The position numbers and the translations under genes were made by a program. Shown here one piece after another: positions 8,767 to 17,976 of a stretch of DNA of 64,000 nt (positions are counted from its first letter, which is position 1; each line of letters opens with the position of its first letter). Source of the DNA: Agathobacter rectalis. GTDB taxonomy: Bacteria; Actinomycetota; Coriobacteriia; Coriobacteriales; QAMH01. The notes below the pieces were generated by a model, which was not told the DNA's origin, did not search any database, and saw only the letters and a program-made list of their open reading frames with translations. Location: the NCBI GenBank assembly GCA_963590525.1, contig CAVAPV010000001.1, positions 45,680 to 109,679 on the forward strand, written 5' to 3'.

Positions 8767-9795
8767 ATGGATGCTAAGGCTAAGACAACCTTGCTGCTCA
8801 TGGTCTCTGGTGGCTCGGACTCCGCGGCCATGCTCGAGCTTGCGGCGCTGTATGCGGCAGGTAGGCAGCCTGCCGGCCCTGCAGGGCAGATGCTTTTGCA
8901 GATGATGGGCAAGGCGTTGCCCAAGCCGCAGGATGTTGCGCTTTTGGTCTTGCACGTCAACCATCTCCTGCGCGGCAAGGCCTCTGATGGCGACGAGGAT
9001 TTTGTCGTCAAGCGCTGCCAGGAGCTGGGCGTAGCGTTTAGGGTGCGTCGTGTGGATGTCGCAACGCTTGCAAAGGCCAGCGGGCACGGTATGGAGGCGG
9101 TTGCCCGCGGCGAGCGCTACCGTCTGGCATCAGAGGTCCTTGCTGCTGCATCGCGCGGTCAAAACGGCCTCATCCTCACCGCCCATACCCTAGACGACCG
9201 TGTCGAGACCTTTCTCATGCGCTCGCTTGTGGGCACCGGCCCCGGTGGCTTGGCAAGCATCCCACGCCGTCGCGGCAATATCGTCCGTCCGCTTTTGGAC
9301 GCAACGCGTGCCCAGCTGCGTGATTTTTTGGCCGAGCAGCATCCCGGCATGCCGCAAGAAGAGCTTTGGCGCGATGACGCCACCAACGACGACGGCTCCA
9401 ATTTTCGCAGCAGGGTGCGTCATGAGCTCGTACCCGTCATGCGCGCGCTCAAGCCGGGCTTCGAGGCAAGCCTCGCACGGACGATGGACCTTATCGCCGA
9501 GGAAGACGATGCGCGTGCGCAGGCGGCACAGGGCGTGGTGTATCGCAACCTGGAGCTTGACGAGCAAGGCGCCGTGTTGCCCCTTGCGGCGTTGTCTGCG
9601 CTTGACGTGCCGCTCAAGCGCAGGGTTATCCGCCAGTGTCTGCTCGTGGTCAACCCCGATGCCCGCCTGGAGTCTGCCCAGATACAGCGCGTTTTGGACG
9701 GTATCGAGTCTGGCGGGGATTTTGCCGTGGACGTGGACAGCTCGATCCGTGTCACCGGTGACGCAAAGAGCTTGCGCATGCGCACTGTGGGTTAA
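8767..9795 (+). CDS. tilS: tRNA(Ile)-lysidine synthetase
   Basis: ORF 8542..9795. The upstream part overlaps tsaD, and the ATG at 8767 gives MDAKAK...LLLMVSGGSDSAAM (PP-loop SGGxDS). Confidence 0.85.
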   Translation: MDAKAKTTLLLMVSGGSDSAAMLELAALYAAGRQPAGPAGQMLLQMMGKALPKPQDVALLVLHVNHLLRGKASDGDEDFVVKRCQELGVAFRVRRVDVATLAKASGHGMEAVARGERYRLASEVLAAASRGQNGLILTAHTLDDRVETFLMRSLVGTGPGGLASIPRRRGNIVRPLLDATRAQLRDFLAEQHPGMPQEELWRDDATNDDGSNFRSRVRHELVPVMRALKPGFEASLARTMDLIAEEDDARAQAAQGVVYRNLELDEQGAVLPLAALSALDVPLKRRVIRQCLLVVNPDARLESAQIQRVLDGIESGGDFAVDVDSSIRVTGDAKSLRMRTVG

Positions 9796-9900
9796 GCTGC
9801 TGGCGGCTAACAAAACCATCAGTTGACGGATTGCGCCGCGTGGCGGGTTGCCGTCTTGTCAATGGCATAATCGGTGGATGTCCAAAGTGAGGAGTGTTTG

Positions 9901-10440
9901 ATGAGTCATCCCGATATCACCCAAGTCGTTTTGAGCGAGCAACAGCTCAAAGAGCGCGTGGCGCAGATGGGCAGCCAGATTGCTGCCGATTACGCCGGCA
10001 AAGACCTCGTCGTCGTCTGCATCCTGCGCGGCGGTGCGATCTTTGCGACAGACCTCGTGCGCTCCATCGACCTCCCCCTGGAACTCGATTTCATGGCCGT
10101 GAGCTCTTATGGAAACTCCACTACCTCTACCGGGCGCGTCCGCATCCTCAAAGACCTGGCAAGCTCTATCGAGGGCAAGCACGTCTTGATCGCAGAGGAC
10201 ATCTTGGACTCCGGCCTTACCTTGAGCCATCTCATGACCTTGCTCAAGCATCGCAAGCCTGCCAGCATAGAAATCGCCGCGCTTCTCAAGAAGCAAGGCG
10301 CCCAAAAGGTCGATATAGACTGCAAGTACGTTGGGTTCGACTGCCCAGATGCCTTTATCGTCGGCTATGGTCTGGATTACGCAGAGCGTTATCGTAACCT
10401 GCCCTTCATCGGCGTTTTGGACCCAAAGGTTTACGCTTAA
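9901..10440 (+). CDS. hpt: hypoxanthine phosphoribosyltransferase
   Basis: ORF 9874..10440. VLIAEDILDSGLTLSHL PRPP-binding motif, FIVGYGLDYAERYRNLPFIGVL, and the conserved tilS-hpt-ftsH order. Confidence 0.9.
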   Translation: MSHPDITQVVLSEQQLKERVAQMGSQIAADYAGKDLVVVCILRGGAIFATDLVRSIDLPLELDFMAVSSYGNSTTSTGRVRILKDLASSIEGKHVLIAEDILDSGLTLSHLMTLLKHRKPASIEIAALLKKQGAQKVDIDCKYVGFDCPDAFIVGYGLDYAERYRNLPFIGVLDPKVYA

Positions 10441-10485
10441 AGGAATCACCTCACTAGAAAACGAGTCATAAGGAGTTCTCTCGAC

Positions 10486-12600
10486 GTGGAAGAGCCCAAG
10501 ACCAACAACAACAAAAACACTGGGTCCAACGGCAAGGGCCCCAAAAGCCCCAACGGCAGGTCGTTTATCCTGTATGCGCTTCTTGCGATGGTGTTTATCG
10601 CCATCATCTCGACCCAGTTTTGGGGCAACCAGCAAACAGAGCAGGTAGACCAGCTCGCCACAAGCGAGTACGTCACCGCTGTCAACGAGGAACGCGTGGT
10701 AGAGGTCACGTACTTTGCCGCCAAGGCAACGCTTGAGGGTACCTACTACAAAGACTCCGGCGCGCAGTCCAGAAACGAGGTCACCAAGTTTGCAAGCGCC
10801 TATATCGGCGATGACTCCCTGCAGGCTTTGATGGCCGCGCATCCCAAAGTCAAGTTCACCGAGGACGTCTCGTCCTCCAACTGGATGCTGAGCTTGGCCA
10901 CCTCTATCATCCCGCTGGTTTTGTTCGTCGCCGTGATGATCTTCTTCATGCGTCAGATGGGCGGCGTCACCAACAAGCAGATGTCGTTTGGCAAGACCAA
11001 GGCCAAGATGGGGGCTCAAGAGACGCCTAAGGTCCGCTTTGCAGACGTTGCCGGCATCGACGAGGTCGTCGACGAGCTCGAAGAGATCAAAGACTTCTTG
11101 GACAACCCGGCCAAGTACCAGGCCATGGGTGCCAAGATTCCTCGCGGTGTGCTCTTGGTGGGGCCTCCGGGCACTGGCAAGACGCTGCTTGCCAAGGCAG
11201 TTGCCGGCGAGGCGGGCGTGCCCTTCTTCTCTATCTCTGGCTCGGATTTTGTCGAGATGTTCGTGGGCGTGGGTGCATCGCGCGTCCGCGATCTCTTTGG
11301 CCAGGCCAAAGAAGCCGCCCCCTCTATCATCTTCATCGATGAGATCGATGCCGTGGGCCGCCAACGCGGTACCGGCATGGGCGGCGGTCATGACGAGCGC
11401 GAGCAGACCTTGAACCAGATGCTCGTCGAGATGGACGGCTTCGAGGACAACGAGTCCGTCATCCTCATCGCAGCAACCAACCGCGCAGACATCCTCGACC
11501 CGGCGCTGCTGCGCCCCGGCCGCTTTGACAGGCAGATCACCGTGCAGCCGCCCGATTCCAAGGGCCGCGAGCAGATCCTCAAGGTCCACTCCAAGGGCAA
11601 GCCGCTGGCTGCCGGCATCGACTTGAGCCGCGTGGCACAGCTTACGAGCGGCTTTACCGGTGCAGACCTCGCTAACCTCATGAACGAGTCCGCGCTTTTG
11701 GCGGCGCGCCGCAACAAGCCCTGCATCACCTCCGATGAGCTCAACGAGTCCTTTGAGCGCCAGGTGGCCGGCTTGCAGCGCAAGGGGCATGTCCCCAACG
11801 AGAAAGAGCAGCGCTGCATCGCCTACCACGAGTGCGGCCATGCCTTGGTGGGCCACTTGCTCGACAACGCAGACCCCATCCACAAGATCACGGTCATCGG
11901 CCGCGGTCAGGCACTGGGCTATACCTTGTCCATCCCCGAAGAAGACAAGGGACTCAAATCCCGCAACGAGATGATCGACGACATGGCGATGCTCTTGGGC
12001 GGTCGCGTTGCCGAAGAGATCGTCATCGGCGACATCACCACTGGCGCCAGCAACGACCTCGAGCGCGCGACCAAGATGGCGCGCAACATGGTCACCGTCT
12101 ACGGCATGAGCGACAAGCTGGGTCATCGCGTCTATGGCCAGCAAGAGCACAACCCCTTCCTGGGTCGCGACTACACCTCTACGCCGGATTACTCGGATGC
12201 TACGGCAGATCTCATCGACGCCGAGGTCACGCGCCTCATGAACGACGCGCACGACACCGCGTACCGCATCCTCACGCAAAACCGCGACCAGCTCGAGCTC
12301 ATGGCCAGCGTGCTTCTTGAGCGCGAGACTGTCGAGGGTCCGGCTGTTGAGGCGTTGCTCAACGGCAAGTGGGACGAGTATCTGGCAGATGAGGCAGCGG
12401 GCAAGATCACAAAAAACAGCGATCTTTTTGGCTTTGATGAGACCGCGCAAGAGGCTAAGCCCCAAAAGCTGCAGGCTTCGGCAAATGACGGCGCTGCTCA
12501 GGATGCCGCTGCTGCCGACGAGGCAGATTCTAAAGCCCCCAAGGCAGATGCCGCGAACTCTGCAAGCCCGGATGCGCCCAAGCCGCCGGAAGGCTACTAG
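10486..12600 (+). CDS. ftsH: ATP-dependent zinc metalloprotease FtsH
   Basis: Two N-terminal TM helices, Walker [14 protein letters not shown], Walker [13 protein letters not shown] region and the zinc site HECGHAL. Confidence 0.95.
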   Translation: MEEPKTNNNKNTGSNGKGPKSPNGRSFILYALLAMVFIAIISTQFWGNQQTEQVDQLATSEYVTAVNEERVVEVTYFAAKATLEGTYYKDSGAQSRNEVTKFASAYIGDDSLQALMAAHPKVKFTEDVSSSNWMLSLATSIIPLVLFVAVMIFFMRQMGGVTNKQMSFGKTKAKMGAQETPKVRFADVAGIDEVVDELEEIKDFLDNPAKYQAMGAKIPRGVLLVGPPGTGKTLLAKAVAGEAGVPFFSISGSDFVEMFVGVGASRVRDLFGQAKEAAPSIIFIDEIDAVGRQRGTGMGGGHDEREQTLNQMLVEMDGFEDNESVILIAATNRADILDPALLRPGRFDRQITVQPPDSKGREQILKVHSKGKPLAAGIDLSRVAQLTSGFTGADLANLMNESALLAARRNKPCITSDELNESFERQVAGLQRKGHVPNEKEQRCIAYHECGHALVGHLLDNADPIHKITVIGRGQALGYTLSIPEEDKGLKSRNEMIDDMAMLLGGRVAEEIVIGDITTGASNDLERATKMARNMVTVYGMSDKLGHRVYGQQEHNPFLGRDYTSTPDYSDATADLIDAEVTRLMNDAHDTAYRILTQNRDQLELMASVLLERETVEGPAVEALLNGKWDEYLADEAAGKITKNSDLFGFDETAQEAKPQKLQASANDGAAQDAAAADEADSKAPKADAANSASPDAPKPPEGY

Positions 12601-12666
12601 CAAGCCGTTGCTCTTGAAGGCTGCAGGTTGCGCCTCTCTTTGAGAGCGGCTGGCTCAAAGGCAATC

Positions 12667-12703
12667 AAGGCAGGTGTCTTTATGGCGCCTGCCTTTGCTT
12701 TTT
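12667..12703 (+). terminator. putative rho-independent terminator after ftsH
   Basis: AAGGCAGG ... CCTGCCTT stem followed by TGCTTTTT. Confidence 0.5.
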
Positions 12704-12791
12704 GCCTAATAACATTGCGCAGTTGGGCCTTGGCGTTACCTGCTGCGCTATGATTACGCGATACGTTTTGGCAAGGTAAGGAGACATACAG

Positions 12792-13364
12792 ATGGATCAC
12801 GCAAAGATCGAGGAAGGCGTTCGTCTCATCCTCGAGGGCGTGGGAGAAGACCCCAACCGCGACGGCTTGCTTGAGACGCCGGCTCGTGTTGCACGCATGT
12901 ACGAGGAGATCTTGGCGGGCATGAACGAGGACCCGGCCGAGCTCTTTGCCCACACCTTTGACGAGGGCCATCAGGAGATGGTCGTTGTGCACGATATCCC
13001 CGTCTACAGTATTTGTGAGCACCATCTGGTGCCCTTCTACGGTGTGGCGCATGTCGCCTACATCCCCAACAAGAGCGGACGAGTGTGCGGCATCTCCAAG
13101 CTCGCGCGCTTGGTCGACCTCTATGCGCGCCGCCCGCAGGTGCAAGAGCGCCTTACCAGCCAGGTGGCAGATACCTTGGTCGAGCAGATGAACCCCAACG
13201 GTGTCATGGTGGTCATAGAGTGCGAGCACATGTGCATGACTATGCGCGGTGTGAAAAAGCCCGGTTCCAAGACCACGACCTCTGCCGTGCGCGGCACCTT
13301 TGCAAAAGACGAGCGCACGCGCGCAGAGGCACTGCGCCTCATCATGGGCGGGCGTAGCAGATAA
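12792..13364 (+). CDS. folE: GTP cyclohydrolase I
   Basis: [27 protein letters not shown] and ECEHMCM motifs. Confidence 0.92.
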   Translation: MDHAKIEEGVRLILEGVGEDPNRDGLLETPARVARMYEEILAGMNEDPAELFAHTFDEGHQEMVVVHDIPVYSICEHHLVPFYGVAHVAYIPNKSGRVCGISKLARLVDLYARRPQVQERLTSQVADTLVEQMNPNGVMVVIECEHMCMTMRGVKKPGSKTTTSAVRGTFAKDERTRAEALRLIMGGRSR

Positions 13365-13455
13365 CCGCTTTGAGATAGCTTTGACAAGGCAGGGGCCGGA
13401 TTTATCCGGCCTTTGCTGTAGTAACGGGAACTTGCAAAAAGAAGGTGCGTTTTAG

Positions 13456-14730
13456 GTGATCTGGAAGGCAAAAGACAGGGTATTTGACGGCAAGCCGCTA
13501 GTCATGGGCGTGCTCAATGTAACGCCGGATTCCTTTAGCGATGGCGGAACCCACAATGCTTACGACGATGCAGTTGCTTTTGCGCAGGAGATGCTCAAGC
13601 AGGGGGCAGACATCATCGACGTCGGCGGAGAGTCTACGCGTCCGGGTTCTGCGGCGCCCTCTGTTCAAGAAGAGCTTGATCGCGTGCTGCCGGTGGCGCA
13701 AGAACTGGTGCGATGCGGTATGTGCGTGAGCGTCGACACGCGCCATTGGGAGGTCGCCCAGGCTTGCGTTGAGGCGGGCGTGCATATCATCAACGATGTC
13801 TCGGGGTTTAGAGACCCTAAGATGCGCGAGGTCGCTGCGGCAAGCGACTGCGGCTTGGTGGTCATGCATATGCTGGGCGAGCCGGGTACCATGCAAGATG
13901 CCCCGCACTACAAGGACGTAGTGGTCGAGGTGCGTGATTATCTGCTGGCTCAAGCTCGTTTGCTTGAAGATCTGGGAATCGAGCCCCAGCGCATCTGCAT
14001 TGACCCGGGCCCCGGCTTTGGCAAGACCTTTGAGCACAACCAAGCGCTCATCAGCGCAACAAAACAGCTTGCCTCTTGCGGCTACCCACTTATGGTGGCT
14101 GTGAGCCGCAAGAGCTATATAGGCGCTGCGGCAGGAATCGACGTTCCCGCACAGCGTGATGAGGCAAGTGCTTTATGTGCGGCGGCGGCGATGCATCATG
14201 GCGCGCTGGTTGCTCGCGTGCATGATGTGGCAGCAACCAAGCACATGCTCGTCAACTCAAAACGCGTTCTTGTGGCGCTGGGGTCCAACATGGGGGATCG
14301 CAAGGCCTATTTGGATGCAGCTGTTGAGGCGCTGCGTAAGACGCGTGGCGTGTGGGTCTACAGCGTGAGCAGCTACGTAGAAAGCGAGCCTGCCTACAAA
14401 GAGGACCAAGCGGCCTTTGCCAATGCGGTGGCAGTGCTGCAGACGGTGCTTGCTCCGCAGGAGCTGCTCGATGCGCTGCACAAGATCGAGACCTCGTTGG
14501 GACGTGTGCGCCATGAGGCAAACGGCCCGCGCACCATCGATTTGGACATACTCGACTACGAGGGCATGGTGAGCGATGGCGTCTCATTGACGTTGCCTCA
14601 TCCACGTATTCTCGAGCGCGACTTTGTCGTCACGCCGCTGCTCGAGGTCGAGCCGGGATGCGTTTTAGCTGATGGTGCGCCGGTTGTGCGCGACAGAATC
14701 GCCTACGGCAAGGTCATCGGCCAGCTGTAG
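13456..14730 (+). CDS. folP: bifunctional dihydropteroate synthase / 6-hydroxymethyl-dihydropterin pyrophosphokinase (FolP-FolK fusion)
   Basis: N-terminal DHPS (GVLNVTPDSFSDGG, IIDVGGESTRPG, DPGPGFGKT). C-terminal HPPK (LVALGSNMGDR, EPAY, GPRTIDLDIL, LTLPHPR). Confidence 0.88.
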   Translation: MIWKAKDRVFDGKPLVMGVLNVTPDSFSDGGTHNAYDDAVAFAQEMLKQGADIIDVGGESTRPGSAAPSVQEELDRVLPVAQELVRCGMCVSVDTRHWEVAQACVEAGVHIINDVSGFRDPKMREVAAASDCGLVVMHMLGEPGTMQDAPHYKDVVVEVRDYLLAQARLLEDLGIEPQRICIDPGPGFGKTFEHNQALISATKQLASCGYPLMVAVSRKSYIGAAAGIDVPAQRDEASALCAAAAMHHGALVARVHDVAATKHMLVNSKRVLVALGSNMGDRKAYLDAAVEALRKTRGVWVYSVSSYVESEPAYKEDQAAFANAVAVLQTVLAPQELLDALHKIETSLGRVRHEANGPRTIDLDILDYEGMVSDGVSLTLPHPRILERDFVVTPLLEVEPGCVLADGAPVVRDRIAYGKVIGQL

Positions 14731-14828
14731 GGTTATAGGCAAAAAGTGTTCGATCTAGGCTTGGCGCTGCAAGTCCTGCGGGGCGGAAGAGCCGCAGTCG
14801 AGACATCTAGTCGCAACCCAGGTAGATC

Positions 14829-14857
14829 CGCAGGTGAAAGTAGGGGAGAGCACTGCT
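14829..14857. repeat. 29-nt intergenic motif, copy A (CGCAGGTGAAAGTAGGGGAGAGCACTGCT)
   Basis: Identical at 26 of 29 positions to 59026..59054, by direct comparison. Confidence 0.5.
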
Positions 14858-15150
14858 TTTCCGGCAGGTCGCTGTGACGTGCAAGGGCCATGTGCTCGCG
14901 TCGCTCCAAAAGCCCTGCGTGCCTGACGGCACGCCCTATCACGTCGCGCCTCACGGCGCGACAATTGTGATCTCTTGGGTAAACTGTCTTTCGTTACAGC
15001 TGCGACAGATAAGAGCGGTGCGCTGTGCAAAAAACACGCAAAGTAAGTGCCTACTTCGCGTACTTTTTGCTAGCAAACTCGAGCCCCACTCAGGCAATCC
15101 GTGGCCGTATGCCGGCAAGTAATTTCGAACACGCTTTTTGCCTATATGCC

Positions 15151-15185
15151 AAAAGACGTCGCCTCAGGTTGTCCCGGGGCGACGC
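15151..15185 (-). terminator. putative terminator downstream of tRNA-Sec
   Basis: The minus strand reads GCGTCGCC-(14 nt)-GGCGACGT followed by CTTTTGG, immediately 3' of the tRNA. Confidence 0.45.
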
Positions 15186-15197
15186 TTGTGTTTGCTA

Positions 15198-15294
15198 TGG
15201 CGGAGATGCGTGCGAATCGAACACACCCAAGACGCTTTTCACGCCTCACAACGGCTTTGAAGGCCGCGGGAGCCACCAGACCCCAACCATCTCC
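15198..15294 (-). tRNA. selC: tRNA-Sec (anticodon UCA)
   Basis: The reverse complement reads GGAGATGG-TT-GGGGTC-TGGT-GGCTCC-C-GCGGC-CTTCAAA-GCCGT-(24-nt variable arm)-GTGTG-TTCGATT-CGCAC-GCATCTCC-G-CCA. It has an extended acceptor arm, a 6-bp D stem with a 4-nt loop, a UCA anticodon, a long variable arm and an encoded CCA. selA lies 1 kb away. Confidence 0.85.
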
Positions 15295-15519
15295 GTTTTG
15301 CGTCCGTATATCCTAGCAGCAATCAAGGGCAATGCGGTGTCGATTGGTTGGATGTCGGGTTTGCGGCAGCTTGCAGGCGTGCTTCGACGTGTGTAAGCGG
15401 ACTTACCGGTGCCTCAAAGGCTTTGCTCAATTGCGTTGTAGCAGCAGCAGACATCTATGCATGCAGAGTGCGTTGCTATACTTCTTTGCTGACGATAATC
15501 CCTTGCTAAGGAGGAGAGC

Positions 15520-16317
15520 ATGGCATCGCATAACCCCTGGGAGCTTTACGACGAGATGATCGAGGGCATCCCGCAAGACATCCAGGTCAAAGACTACGCG
15601 TTGGGTATCCATTGGTCGTGTCTGGAGGCAGAGTGCGGCATGGGCGTGGCCTTTACCACGCGTCAGGGTGCTATGCGCAAACAAAAAGACGACCTGCGAG
15701 GCAAAAGCCTCAAAGAGGTTGCCGCGCTTTCAAAATCCTGGTGCTTTGAGGAGGCAACCCTAGGCGTGGCGGCGCTCAATGCTTGGTATTCCAATCCAGA
15801 GCGCCTCGAGCTCTACGGTATCAAGACCGATTTCGAGGACAATCTGGATGCAGACGAGTCAAGTCCCCGTTTGGGCAAGAAGCTCGACGCCTTCCAACTT
15901 TACAAGCCGCAGATTGCCGCTCAAGGCGATGCAAACGTCGTGGTTGTGGGACATTTTCCCCATGCGGCAGATATCAGCGAGTACGCCAACCTCACCATCT
16001 TGGAGCGCGTGGTCAAAGACGAATGGGATACGCCCGACCCCGCCTGCGAGTACGTTATGCCCGCGGCCGATTATGCTTTTATCACCGGCGTCACGATTAT
16101 GAACAAGACGGTTACGCGCCTGCTCGAACTGTCTCGCAGCGCCCATACAGTCATGGTGGGCCCAAGCGTGGTTATGGCACCTGCGCTTTGCAAACGCGGT
16201 GTGGAATGCATGGCTGGCAGCGTTGTGACCGATCCGGAAGCTGCCAAGTTTGGCTGCGCAAACGGGGCGGGGCAGATCTTTGGAAAGAGCCTGCAAATGG
16301 TCATGGCGCGGCCGTAG
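15520..16317 (+). CDS. DUF364/DUF4213-type (Rossmann-like, putative metal-chelation) domain protein
   Basis: 265-aa ORF with an AGGAGG RBS. The overall pattern (WELYDEMIEGIP...GIHWS...GMGVAFT...VVVGHFP) recalls the DUF364 family; assignment is from memory only. Confidence 0.6.
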   Translation: MASHNPWELYDEMIEGIPQDIQVKDYALGIHWSCLEAECGMGVAFTTRQGAMRKQKDDLRGKSLKEVAALSKSWCFEEATLGVAALNAWYSNPERLELYGIKTDFEDNLDADESSPRLGKKLDAFQLYKPQIAAQGDANVVVVGHFPHAADISEYANLTILERVVKDEWDTPDPACEYVMPAADYAFITGVTIMNKTVTRLLELSRSAHTVMVGPSVVMAPALCKRGVECMAGSVVTDPEAAKFGCANGAGQIFGKSLQMVMARP

Positions 16318-16377
16318 GCTGCCTTGCAAAGCGCCGCAGGCTTCCAGATCGGTGCTGCCTGCAGCGCTTTTACTGCC

Positions 16378-17817
16378 TTACAGCTCCTTAAAGTACTCCC
16401 CAAGAGCGGTGACGCATTCATCGGCCTCTTGCTCGTTAAGCAGGGTGCGTACCTCTAAGAAGAGCTTGTCGTGGCTTACGCGACCTATCACGGGAAGCGC
16501 GCGATTGCTGATCATGTGGCGCTGGCAGTCTGCGACGCTGCCCTGTTTGAAGTCGATAGAGACAGCCCAGCTGTCTATGTCGCACATGGGCAGCGCCCCG
16601 CCGCCCGCGCGGCAGATGCTTTGCTCGACGGTGATGTCTGCAGCATCGCAAGGTAATGTTGCCCTGAGCTTTTCTGCCAGGCTCTCTGCTGCTGGCAAAA
16701 CGCTTTCTGCGCTGGCAGAGAGCATGCGCAGCGTGGGGATCTCTTTTTGGGCGCGCTGCGGGTCCAGGTAGAGGCGCAAGGTCGCCTCAAGCGCGGCAAG
16801 CGTCATCTTGTCTAGGCGTAGCGCACGGGCCAGCGGGTTTTTCTTGAGGCGGTCGATGAGCTCTTTGCGGCCAGCGATGATACCTGCCTGCGGCCCGCCC
16901 AAGAGCTTGTCGCCGCTAAAACTCACGAGGTCTGCGCCCTGCGCAATGCTTTGCGCAACGGTTGGCTCGGCGTAGTCTCCAAAGCAATCCAGACGAACAA
17001 ACGCGCCTGAGCCCTGGTCTTCGTAGACCAGGATATCCGGCTCATCGCAGCCAACGCGCGCCACATTTGCCTTGTCTGCAATCTGGCGCAGCTCGCTTAC
17101 CGTTACCTCATCTGTAAAGCCGATAACGCGAAAGTTCGAGCGGTGCACCTTGAGGAGCATGGCGGTGCTGCTGCTTATGGCGCGCTCATAGTCGTAGGGG
17201 TGCGTCTTGTTGGTGGCACCTACCTCCACCATGGTTGCATGGCTTTGGGCCATGATGTCTGGGATGCGAAACGAGCCGCCTATCTCGACTTCCTCGCCGC
17301 GCGATACAACGGCCTCGTGACCTGCGGCAAACTCCGAGAGCACCATCATGACGGCGGCGGCGTTGTTGTTGACGGCTATGGCAGACTCCGCCCCGGTCAA
17401 AGCGCAGATGAGTTGCTCGCAATGGCTGTGACGGCTGCCGCGTGCCATGGTCTGCGTGCTGTACTCTAACGTCGAGTAACCGCTTATCACATCGTTGACG
17501 GCGTCTACGGCGTCTTTTGCCAGCGGGCTTCTGCCCAGGTTGGTGTGGACGATGACGCCAGACGCGTTGATTACTCGGCGTAAAGAACGTTGACGCAGGC
17601 TCAGCGTTTTGAGCTGTGCGGCTGCGGCGATCGCATCAGCCTCGACGCTGTCGATGCACCCGGCGAGTATCCCTTGGCGCACGTCGTCGACGGCTTGGCG
17701 GACGGCATCGGCAACGATGCTGCGGTCGAGCTTGCGTACGGCTTGCTGCAGTGCCGGGTGCCCGAGGACCTCTTCTACTTGGGGAAGCGCCCTCAAAAGC
17801 TCGTTTCTGCTGCTCAT
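16378..17817 (-). CDS. selA: L-seryl-tRNA(Sec) selenium transferase
   Basis: ORF 16378..17871; probable start at MSSRNELLRALPQVEEVL (17817). PLP-Lys block SFSGDKLLGGPQAGII. Confidence 0.9.
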   Translation of the reverse strand: MSSRNELLRALPQVEEVLGHPALQQAVRKLDRSIVADAVRQAVDDVRQGILAGCIDSVEADAIAAAAQLKTLSLRQRSLRRVINASGVIVHTNLGRSPLAKDAVDAVNDVISGYSTLEYSTQTMARGSRHSHCEQLICALTGAESAIAVNNNAAAVMMVLSEFAAGHEAVVSRGEEVEIGGSFRIPDIMAQSHATMVEVGATNKTHPYDYERAISSSTAMLLKVHRSNFRVIGFTDEVTVSELRQIADKANVARVGCDEPDILVYEDQGSGAFVRLDCFGDYAEPTVAQSIAQGADLVSFSGDKLLGGPQAGIIAGRKELIDRLKKNPLARALRLDKMTLAALEATLRLYLDPQRAQKEIPTLRMLSASAESVLPAAESLAEKLRATLPCDAADITVEQSICRAGGGALPMCDIDSWAVSIDFKQGSVADCQRHMISNRALPVIGRVSHDKLFLEVRTLLNEQEADECVTALGEYFKEL

Positions 17818-17976
17818 CGCCTGTTCCTTTCCAAATGTTTGCTGCCTGCCCGTTGGCTTGGATGTCAACATGCGGTTATCCTACACGAGCTTTGCCCGCG
17901 TAAAGTGCTGTACCGTGGGTGTGCTCGCCAAACAACGCAGCTCCCTGGAGGTAAACGGCAGCAAGGAGGATAGCCG

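Noticed and set aside
9859-12603. 914-aa ORF on the minus strand, the longest antisense ORF in the window
   Set aside because: It lies exactly antisense to ftsH, whose + strand product has every FtsH motif (Walker A/B, SRH, HEXXH). The minus-strand translation is a G/A/V/R/D/L-rich string with no motif. This is a typical shadow ORF caused by high GC3.
14943-14962. Strong GC hairpin GTCGCGCC-TCAC-GGCGCGAC, considered as the folP-folK terminator
   Set aside because: It lies about 210 nt downstream of the stop and has no U-tract on either strand. It is retained only as part of the unassigned structured region.
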